From Bugula neritina (Eukaryota > Animalia > Bryozoa), in contig OZ037767.1 of NCBI GenBank assembly GCA_964035545.1, positions 259,680 through 323,679 of the forward strand: a stretch of DNA of 64,000 bases, in the 5' to 3' direction. The notes under the pieces are model-generated. The model had not been told where the DNA came from. It worked only from the letters and a program-made list of their open reading frames with translations, and ran no database searches. Position 1 is the first letter of the stretch, and each line of letters opens with the position of its first letter. Below, piece after piece: positions 53,601 to 64,000 of the stretch. A program made the position numbers and the translations under genes.

Positions 53601-55301
53601 CCAATGGAGTCCGCTAAGGACTTGTTCCATCAGCCTCTGGAAGGTGGCTGGGGCGGAGGTTAACCCGAAGGGCAGCACCTTCCACTTCCACAAACCGTCC
53701 CGTGTGATAAACGCCGCTTTCTCTTGGGCGTCGGGACTCAGAGGAACCTGCCAATAGCCGCTTAGCAAGTCTAACGTACTGAAGTACTTGCTGCCGGCTA
53801 GGGCGTCCAATGACTCGTCAATACGAGGTAGAGGGTAGGCGTCCTGTATGGTTACGCTATTGAGTTTGCGGTAGTCCACACAGAACCGCCAACTGCCGTC
53901 TTTCTTCCGGACCAGTACGACTGGCGAGCTCCACGCACTATGGGCGGGCTCTATCAGTCCCCGGTCCAGAAGATCCCGTACTTGTCGGCTAACCTCCTTC
54001 TCTTTCTCCGGCCCCAGCCTGCGCGTGGGCTGCCGGACAGGGACTGTCCCTGCAGTCAGCGGTATTTCGTGTCTGACAATTCCAGTCAGTCCCACGTCAT
54101 TCTCCCCGCTGCTGAACACATCACCGTAGTCGCGTAGTAACTTGGCCATAGCTTGGCGTTCTCTGTTACTCGCGCAGCCGCCACTGGCTGTTTCGTATAA
54201 CTCCCGGAGATGTGTCGGGACTGCCCCTCGTCCCTGAATAGGGTGTCGAGAGGGTGCCTCCGTCGCGTCACCCAGCGATGGGCCCACGTCCTCTTCCTGG
54301 ACGGAATGGAACCGGCCCAGCATTGACCCAGCTGGGAGCTCAATGGGCTCGGTAAAAGGGTTGACGCACTGCACTAAGACCTCCCCTCGCTCAGTTAGTC
54401 GGTTTAAACTACTGGCGAGTTGGATCTTTTCGTGCGCGCTTTCAACGACCCCGAGCCTGGCTATCCGGTTGCTGTTCACTCGGCAGTGGATAGTAGCTCT
54501 GGAGCGTCCGGGTACGGTGCAGTTCCGAACTACCTGAACACCGCCCACCAGAGGACGCCCAAACTTATCCACACAGGCGAGTTCTCGCCCGCCCATCAGC
54601 ACCACCGACTTACTAAAATCTATTCGGCACTGGTGTTGCTTCAAGAAGGGCATGCCGAGGATAGCATCTTCCTCCAGTTGACCTATGATAAAGGTCTCCT
54701 GTACAGCCTGATCTCGGACACGCCCAGGGAGCTCGATAATACCATAAAAGGGGATACATGACCCGTCTGCCAGGGTGCCATGTTCTCCAGTATACGGTCG
54801 TACTCTATCCCTGTCCCGGCGGGGCAGTGCCTCAAAGACTCTACGGCTGAGAAGGTTGGTAGTACAACCGGAGTCGAGCAGGAAAGTGACGGCGTTGCCG
54901 GCCACCTTTCCGGGTAGGAAATAGCTCTCTCCATGTGGTTGTACTTTCACCCCCCCCGCATGTGCTGTCCTGGTTTGACAGGACGGCGGGGGTTCCACCC
55001 GTGGTTTACGGGGCTTCCGGCGGCGAGGTTGGTGCCGGCGGGGTTTGGGCCTCTCCACTGGGCCTTCTGGCTCCATTTCAGTGGCGGGCTCCTCCTCCCG
55101 AGGTAACCGGTGAAACCGGTTAGCGAGTGGCAGGGAAAAGGTACTGGGCCGTTGTGCGGGCCTACTAGTCCTGCGTGGTACCTGCCACTCGGGTAGAATG
55201 TTCCGCCGTGTCCGTACGGACAGACGACGGCGTGTTCCACCATACTCCTTTAGTTGCGGCCCGCGGGGAGGGAGAGTGTCCGCGGGCCGTGACAGTTTAA
55301 C
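50676..55301 (-). CDS. pol: Pol polyprotein (aspartic protease, RT, RNase H, integrase), expressed by -1 frameshift from gag
   Basis: LLDSGCT (PR); WRFCVDYRKLN, LPFGLTSAPATFQR and YLDD (RT); DTDAS...ELLA (RH); H-H-C-C plus D,D,E (VDLVG, HSDQG, VERNN) and a GPY motif (IN). The frame stays open upstream of the Met at 55076 to the slippery site. Confidence 0.95.
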   Translation of the reverse strand, partial: VKLSRPADTLPPRGPQLKEYGGTRRRLSVRTRRNILPEWQVPRRTSRPAQRPSTFSLPLANRFHRLPREEEPATEMEPEGPVERPKPRRHQPRRRKPRKPRVEPPPSCQTRTAHAGGVKVQPHGESYFLPGKVAGNAVTFLLDSGCTTNLLSRRVFEALPRRDRDRVRPYTGEHGTLADGSCIPFYGIIELPGRVRDQAVQETFIIGQLEEDAILGMPFLKQHQCRIDFSKSVVLMGGRELACVDKFGRPLVGGVQVVRNCTVPGRSRATIHCRVNSNRIARLGVVESAHEKIQLASSLNRLTERGEVLVQCVNPFTEPIELPAGSMLGRFHSVQEEDVGPSLGDATEAPSRHPIQGRGAVPTHLRELYETASGGCASNRERQAMAKLLRDYGDVFSSGENDVGLTGIVRHEIPLTAGTVPVRQPTRRLGPEKEKEVSRQVRDLLDRGLIEPAHSAWSSPVVLVRKKDGSWRFCVDYRKLNSVTIQDAYPLPRIDESLDALAGSKYFSTLDLLSGYWQVPLSPDAQEKAAFITRDGLWKWKVLPFGLTSAPATFQRLMEQVLSGLHWKTLLVYLDDVIVISPDFETHVSRLQEVFERLRGAGLKLKPSKCALLQPEVKYLGHVVGRNGVATDPEKVRAVEDWVTPQDLTGLRAFLGLVGYYRQYIPDFAGIAQPLNRLTAKGVTWQWTPVEQEAFDRLKGCLLTAPILAYPDPTLEYILDTDASDQNVGAVLSQVQEGREVVVAYYSKSLSPAERNYCTTRKELLAVIKSVKHFRPYLYGRKFRLRTDHASLIWLCRRAEPSSQVARWLEILAEFSYRIEHRPGKRHSNADGLSRRPDGGCKQCLNIERRDGGPPRCELETLAHHGAPFDWDQGQLRQRVDESPEDVQNLRANPVLAGNVRELKKLQEELPGVVADIYRAKREGRRPSEERIRQGCAEFRLYCQRWDSLRIGQDGLLTISLAASGRHPERKRVVCPTAIRRELIWDTHKQAHAGVKRVISKLRLRWYWPQMERDVRLRVKQCEICQASKHSRPPGEAGRRRLYAGRPWQVVAVDLVGPMPLTPRGNNWILVLTDHFTRWADALAIPDASAPTVARALDQHVFCYFGLPEQIHSDQGAQFQSQLMSDLCHLWGVNQSRTTPYHPQGNGVVERNNRMLGDALRSLLLGRGQEEWDTVLPQVMRAYRSTPHTSTGETPNLLMLGRETRVPDHLTYHVPEQDNSVHEYASELVERMKAAHEILRQQQWKVRHEDSDEPPLYQRGDKVWMVNYRRRRGQADKLKTKFVGPYVVVEAMPNHTYKIERSGQVSIQNESRLKPYWASPDGVGEAPPLLEPRRQTTTRRRRRHGPEYEVVIPREENLVREERQLLPTEVCPPPPSLIPSLPETEPVPEVQTPTEGGAPSGEQEEVTTNGEVETPLEAPTNEPASVSPPLERGQRTRKPPPYLKDFICDCIRSGAHESLGENRTIKCWSCEPHANINFCEGGIVGGINARKANSSDLVPQKRCSAFSYADNAKGRRISQPAPTLPRTLSMDINTEFPGKPV

Positions 55302-56116
55302 GCCCCCTGGTATTGGGGTCGTCCTTTCTGTCCCTGGTCCTGATCAGCGCTACTCCAGCCTTGCCCCACAGGTGTTGGGGGCATCCGCAAGGCCTGACCG
55401 GGGCCACCACCGGCCAGAATGGTCACCAATTGTCCCAGCATCTCTACCATACGGTCCACTTCGGCTTCCAGCGGGAGGGCTTCGGAGCCTGTCGTAGCCC
55501 GAGCAGCGCTGACTCCAACTACTGGTGGGTTCCGTTGTGCTCGATGCATTTGGGTGGCCAACAGGTAAGCTTCTCCAGCCTTCAGGGCATCCTCTATTCT
55601 GGTTATCCCTTTAGCTCGTAGGTGATGGTCTAGGCCCAGGTCGTTTAGGGACTGGACAAAGGCGTCATAGGTGTAACGCTCTTGGTGTTGTGCTGGCAGA
55701 TCGCTATATGCAATCTGCGCCAGTTTCTTCACTGTCGCGGCATGTTCTTGCAGCGAGGTCCGCGGGGTGCGGCACAATCTCTCCAGCTTGGTCCTGGCGT
55801 CTATGACGGAGGTGCCAAAACGGGCCCGCAGCGCAGCCAGTATGCCGTCTACGTCCGTTCCCACTCCGTACGGCTTGGCTTGCTCCGTCACCGCCCTCCG
55901 CAATTTGATAAGGGCCACTCTATGCGGCCATTGAGCAACTTCCATTACCTCTCTAAATTCTTGTATAAATTGTTCGACATCTTCCGACCCAGTAAAGGTG
56001 GGAGCTTTCAAGCAATGTCTATAAGCTTCTTCTCCTTCACGATTCACAGGATTAACAGCATTTCTACGCTCACCTTCTACTGGGGGTGGTTGCATTCTAG
56101 CATTTTCAGTCTCCAT
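55250..56116 (-). CDS. gag: Gag (capsid-like); no obvious CCHC knuckle
   Basis: First ORF after the PBS. LKAPTFTGSEDVEQFIQEF...A.W is typical of the Gypsy capsid N-terminus. Confidence 0.85.
   Translation of the reverse strand: METENARMQPPPVEGERRNAVNPVNREGEEAYRHCLKAPTFTGSEDVEQFIQEFREVMEVAQWPHRVALIKLRRAVTEQAKPYGVGTDVDGILAALRARFGTSVIDARTKLERLCRTPRTSLQEHAATVKKLAQIAYSDLPAQHQERYTYDAFVQSLNDLGLDHHLRAKGITRIEDALKAGEAYLLATQMHRAQRNPPVVGVSAARATTGSEALPLEAEVDRMVEMLGQLVTILAGGGPGQALRMPPTPVGQGWSSADQDQGQKGRPQYQGALNCHGPRTLSLPAGRN
55258..55301 (-). promoter_or_regulatory. -1 programmed ribosomal frameshift signal
   Basis: G_UUA_AAC heptamer in the gag frame, a 6 nt spacer, then a perfect 9 bp stem GGCCCGCGG/CCGCGGGCC. 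The -1 frame is continuous with pol. Confidence 0.8.
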
Positions 56117-56130
56117 CTTTGATATACACT

Positions 56131-56148
56131 ATCCCACCGCTGCCACCA
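56131..56148 (-). other. Primer-binding site complementary to the tRNA-Leu 3' end
   Basis: TGGTGGCAGCGGTGGGAT begins 1 nt after the 5' LTR and is complementary to ...AUCCCACCGCUGCCACCA. Confidence 0.85.
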
Positions 56149-56512
56149 CTGTTATAATTTTCAGATTTAGGGTTGATGTGCCACCAAGAGAGTCTATTTA
56201 ACACTAGAGAAACTTCACCAGTTAAGTCGAGTAGATATCGTTATATTTAATACAAGAATACATAATAAAAATCCAATGTACAACAGTAATGATACGCACG
56301 TCTATTTAGTTTACAGCACTATCCTCAACTGAGCTAGTAGCGCGAAGCGGCTACTATTACTTATCAAACAGCTTAGCTAATTGGCTAATACATTGTTCCG
56401 GGTCAATACGCAACCTTGCGTATTGTGTTGCTGGTAGCTCCACGAGCCACCACACAGTAATACTATTTAATTTATGCTATTTTTGAAATTTGTAGTAAAT
56501 ATTCGGCATGTA

Positions 56513-58677
<2,165 letters not shown>

Positions 58678-61600
58678 TGTGACCAGTCGCGACAAAACCG
58701 GGGATGTGGCGGCGTTTATCAAGTGTAGTAAATGAAGGTTTTATTTGGATATACTTAAATTTAAAATTAATTTCCAGTTTTTAGGTTTTAAACTTTTCAG
58801 GCACAAAAAAATCCAAGGATTTCAAAAATCATATTTTCGTAAACATTTGATGATTCCTTCAGCTCCAAAATTGCATTTAAAGTTGGTAACTAAGGCATTC
58901 AATTTTTTAAATGATGAAAAAATTGCGAAGTTATCAAATAAAGAAAGAAGACAATTTTAGTCATTTTCATAGCGTGGGATCTTGCTAATTTATTTTTTAT
59001 CGAATTAATTTAGCTTACGCCTCTTTCTTCACATTGTCAGAAGCATCGTATTTAAAATCGCAGGCTATTTTTAGTTTTTCATCGCACTCCATCCAAAGTT
59101 AGCTTTTAAGTTACTGAGCTGTTTCGCCCTTTGGTGATGAATGCTAAACTTAATCTTTATCTTTAGCGTTCAAGCTTGAAAATTACAACAATACAGGTAA
59201 TTATACTCAAAACCATCCTTTACGCTACTAACTTAGAATTGTTGCCAGGATTATTTGTAGTTATCAATTTATTAATATTCATACTATCACTAGGACTCAG
59301 TAGGAGTATGTCTATTCTATTTCTTATTCTATACTAGTAACTATTAGTATTTAAATGACTCTCACTATGACTATGACTCACAGTTTGAGGTACGGTTACT
59401 CATAATGATAATCATAATGAATATCATTCATGATTTACTGATACTGGTATTTGGCAGTAAAACCAAATGCAGCTCATTAATATTAATAGTTATAGTATAA
59501 GTATAAGTAATAATTAATAATTATAAATTCACTGTTTGAGTCTGACTCTGAGTTTCGCCTTCGGCCTTAAAACTTGATACTTATACTGATATTGATTTAT
59601 TCTATAGTTAATATTTAAATTTACATTGGACTTATTCTTAGTAACTTTTAGCCTCTGTCTTAGATTTTGTGAATACAGTTACTGATTACTATTACTATTA
59701 GTATTAGTATTAACATTAGCCTTAGGCCTGCTAGTCAAACTGCCGTTTCCTTTTGTGATTTTTAAATTAGCTCAAAGTTTGATTTAAAATATTATGATAA
59801 AATCTTTATCACATTATGCAGGCTTACAGTTACTGTCAAAACTCAATTGGAAAATCCTATTTATATTGATAAAAGCATCACCTATAACCAAATTGAAATG
59901 GTAAATGTGATTAAATGTAAATGAGTATAATGATGAAATATTAATGCGAGTTCATGGTGATTCTATAGTTGACTGACTTAGTTCTTCAGTAAGTTACTTT
60001 TAGTCTTATTTAGTGAGTACTGAGTAGTAACACTAACTGAATGCATAAATAGTCTAAACTTTTTAATTTTATTATAAAGGATGAGCAAAAGTTTATTTAT
60101 ATTTTAAAGTAATTTATTGAATTCAAATTGATTTTATAGTAAATGTCTTTAATATATTCAGTTGCACTTGGCTAGCTTTTTTACTCAATTAAATGCCTGA
60201 GTGGTTAATAGTTATCGAAAGACATTGCTTCAAAATTGCCAATTGCAGATATGCTAAATATTCAAGTGCATAATGTGTAATTTTACTGATAATACTATGT
60301 TAATATAGAATAATACGACATTCTGTACATTTTAGAAAGTGGACTTATGAGAGCATTAGAGTGAAGACTTATACCTACACAACTCTACTACCTATCAATC
60401 TAACACTTCTAATGTAGACACTCTGAATTTTGGTTTGCAAGGTTATGGCTTCTGCTTATTTCATTCATAAAAAGGTTTGCAGTCTTTCAATGATGTGCTT
60501 GAAAATTTTCAACAATTTTTTTAATTTAAATTGTTCTGTTTGATTCAATAAATTTAAATGTTGATAAAATGCAGGATGACAATTAACTGCTGCCATAATA
60601 GTACCACCAAGTGTTTAACCAACTAAAATTTTATAATATAACTGCGTATAATCTCTAATCAAGCTACCGTTTTCTTTTGTTATTTAAAAAAGTCAACATT
60701 GTACTTGCAGCTCTAGAATAGACAATAGATGGGTAGATTGGCAGAATGGATGTCAAGAAGCAGCATCTATAATTGCTAAAAAATCAGCTGATGATAGTGA
60801 TGAAGCTTTTGCCACATACATGATGTTATGTGTCCATACTCTGTAAACTCATATTATGAAGACCAATGAAGTAGAAAGATGAAAAGTGCCTTTTTTGCAA
60901 AAACCGTAAAAGCTACCTAATTTTCTTTTCTTGATTAGAGTTAATTCAAGCATAATGGTTGTATCCAGGCTGGATTTGCTACTGTATTTAATTAGTTTTT
61001 TAAAATAATGTATTTGATGTTTTAATTGTGAATATTAATGCCTAATAAAACTCAAAAGTTTTAATCGCTGATTTTATGTTTATATTTTCAACATCAATTG
61101 TTAAATTTAGTTGCCGTTAGAGATTATAAAAATATTTATGAATGAATCTCGAATGATCTTATAATAGTCAAATGATTTTCTCATAAGTGTTCTACTCATA
61201 AACAATAACTATGAAACAGCACAGCTCAATAGCTGCAGTTCGATATATTACACAATATATTAGAGAAGAGGAAGATATTCAATGTATAACAGGAAGCAGC
61301 TGCCATTTTGTTTTATATGACTTCCTGCTGACTTGGATGCCTAATTTAAATATCTCAACACACAAATTTGCTGAAACATCCTCTTCTTTGATGGAATTGT
61401 TGAACTTTTCAATCATTAAACAAAGTAAAAAGCAAATTGACAAATAAATTAGACAAAAAGTTTGACGGCCATATTTGACCTAATTTTATGTTGAGGCAGC
61501 ATGAAATTTAATTTAACAGAAAGCCCAAACTTTCACAATTATTTTGATACCAAATTTGTCACTATTCCTATTATAAAAAAACCCGTTGCTAAGGCTTGTA

Positions 61601-61846
61601 AATTGTAAACAAATAATTCTCAACTTACTCTAGAGTTGCCAACTTTAAACGCGATTTTCTCGAAACAGTAATTTAGAAATTCTAAAAACGTTAAAGTTTT
61701 TAAATACTGATATCTCGAGTTCTATTTATGCTAGAGACTTCAAATAAAATGCAAAATGTTCAGGAAAGTCTGCTCTATCATTCCATAGCAATAACTAGGG
61801 TTTCAACATTTTATATACATCCCTTGTTTTGTGGTGCCAGGTCACA
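58678..61846. mobile_element. ~3.2 kb TIR DNA element inserted in the TA tract, no intact transposase
   Basis: Termini TGTGACCagtcgcgACAAAACcGGGATGT and ACATCCCttGTTTTGTggtgccaGGTCACA, flanked by TA. Confidence 0.7.
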
Positions 61847-62019
61847 TATATATAATTATACTATATATTATTTTATATATATAATATTATCATATATAAT
61901 ATATTATTATATCATATATTAAATTATATACATTATATATATATAATGATATTATATATAATATATACTATATATATATACATATAATAATATTATATAT
62001 TATATATATATATATATAA

Positions 62020-62098
<79 letters not shown>

Positions 62099-62761
62099 CT
62101 ATATATTTATATATATATACATGCCAAATATTTACTACAAAATTCAAAAATAGCATAAATTAAGTAGTATTACCGTGCCTATTTGCATCCAATTAACTAG
62201 TCGTACATTTATAGCAACTGTAACGTATTTTGTGTATAATGGTTATTGCAAGCATTATTCAATTCATATTCACATTGTAATCACAGCGAAGCTTTAACTT
62301 TATAGCTTTGTATTTATGTGCATGATTGAGTTTTAATTTTTCTTTTAATTTTATGTGCATTAAAAATGTGTTTAAAAACTTTACCAATAAAAAAAATTAA
62401 AAAAAATGTACACATAAAATAGAAAAAAAATAAAATAACAAAAGTGGCAAAAATTTTTCTTTATAACTTATATAAACTCGCGGTACCAATCTCGGCATAA
62501 TGGCGCCCATATGATTCCGTAAGATTTGCTAATGGCAACACTCTTAAATATACCACACTGATCCTAATATATAATATTATTCATTCCCTAAACGAAAACA
62601 TTCCCGTAACTAATATAAATGTAACTGTTAATTTAATGTGACACCTATGTTTCAAATTCAATGATATTTTTATCGTTTAATAGAATAATATGAGTTTGTA
62701 GATATATGCTCATTTCAATCAATTAAGCTTCTCTGCATTGAAAACTTAAATTAGAATCAGA

Positions 62762-64000
62762 ATGCCTGGTAAGTGATGAGTCATAAGACCAACACTAACA
62801 GTAACTGAGTAACTCTAAGTATTACTATTAGTAACACAACACTCACACTGTCACACGTGCTGTCAGTGTCACTAGTGACTAGTGCAGTGACTAAGAGTAA
62901 GTCTAACAGTAACTGTTATTGTAAGCCAAAGTCAAAGTATAAGACTAACTCTAAGTGTAACTAAGTTTATTTTGCCAATTTCAAAAACTACTACGAGTTC
63001 ATAATTTTCTCTAAAACTCATCACCATGACCATGATTTATGACCATTAGATGATCATGATGATCTAATGGTAAATTGAACTTGGCCATGGAGCTGAGCTT
63101 TCTTGTGTCAAACTTATTGTCAATGTGATTCTGAGGCTGAAAGTGAAAGTAAATTACTACTAATATTCGTATAAGTATAACAACCACAATTATATTAATG
63201 ATACTGATTGTGATTTACAGTTGGCAATGTGAATGTCTAAGAGTAAGAGTGAAAAAATACATTAACTTTAAATTAAAAAAAGATTAGTCAGTATGAGCAT
63301 TATCATTATGATAATGATAACTGTAAACTCAAACTCAAAGAGTATCAATTCTACTTAGGCGCCTATTCACACTCGTTGGTTGACTATTTTTTGTAAGCAT
63401 CCATTGTAACTTATACTTATAGAAGAATTCAGCTGTTTTACATCAACTCATTATGATTATTAATATAAGTATATTTACTAACTATTACTATAGCGGTAGT
63501 AGTAGTAATATTAGTACTTTAAGTTCAACAGAGATTAGTTTTTAAGTTTCTAGCTGGCCTTGGAAGGATTCTAATGCAATACTAATACACAGCTGTTTGA
63601 TGTAAATGATTGTAAATGACTATACGAAAGTTGGTCTTGGGTTTACTTAATGATTATTTCCTTTAAATGTTATATTCACTTACTATCCAATAACTGTTTT
63701 GTGTATCATCAGCTATTAGTGTTGAGAGAGTCACATAATTTCTCTATCTCACAAAGCTTTCATTTCATTATTGTTGACATTTACAGTTTTATGTATCGTT
63801 TTATTTTAGGCTACAAAAAAGGTAAGCCTCGGAGATATGGATCCAACACTCAAAGTTCTGCGGGTGCGGAGTTGTGTGACCGAGATAGTCCTGTTAGCAA
63901 GGCGTTCATGGAGTATAAAGAGTTGCTGGACAATAAACACGATAAGCATGAGAACTTGGTGAAGATAAGTAGAGATGTGACCATTGAATCTAAGAGGATC
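62762..64000 (+). CDS. TSNAX: Translin-associated protein X (TRAX), 5' part
   Basis: ATGCCTG|gtaag (62762-62768, inferred first exon) splices to 63810 onward: ...SPVSKAFMEYKELLDNKHDKHENLVKISRDVTIESKRI, matching TRAX [37 protein letters not shown]. Confidence 0.92.

Larger units (their letters stand above)
49010..56454 (-). mobile_element. Full-length Ty3/Gypsy LTR retrotransposon with three ORFs
   Basis: 305 bp LTRs (49010-49314 and 56150-56454) with TG...CA ends, one difference seen, and a 4 bp TSD CAGT. PBS TGGTGGCAGCGGTGGGAT, PPT GGAGGGGGCAG, then gag, PR-RT-RH-IN and ORF3. Confidence 0.97.

Noticed and set aside
50872-56122. Antisense ORFs inside gag/pol
   Set aside because: Shadow ORFs of GC-rich coding sequence.
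60330-60850. Coding-like fragments inside the 3.2 kb TIR element
   Set aside because: Short, stop-interrupted, with no recognisable transposase motif.

Overview
AT-rich, intron-rich animal genomic DNA, probably an invertebrate such as a lophotrochozoan (inference only; the taxon cannot be fixed from this window). Spliced genes reconstructed by hand: the 5' part of a GPR107/GPR108 (LUSTR) gene (-), a small LRR-only gene (+), two tandem and strongly diverged glycoprotein-hormone beta (GPB5-like) cystine-knot genes (-) with no GPA2 partner in view, a ~24 kb CH-domain/coiled-coil/SAM-domain gene (-), NTAQ1/WDYHV1 (-), and the start of TSNAX/TRAX (+). Many introns are inflated by minisatellites, several of which are tandem copies of the neighbouring splice junction. 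Most long ORFs in the track are translations of these repeats. Several TIR non-autonomous DNA elements have identifiable TSDs. Between NTAQ1 and TSNAX is a ~14 kb nest of elements containing a very young, intact Ty3/Gypsy retrotransposon. It has a tRNA-Leu PBS, a -1 frameshift signal, and a third ORF that is not env but a C2H2-zinc-finger/coiled-coil protein. The most interesting items are this ZnF ORF3, the duplicated divergent GPB5-like pair with a shared upstream motif, and the splice-site-amplifying minisatellites. Coordinates were read by eye and may be off by a few bases.
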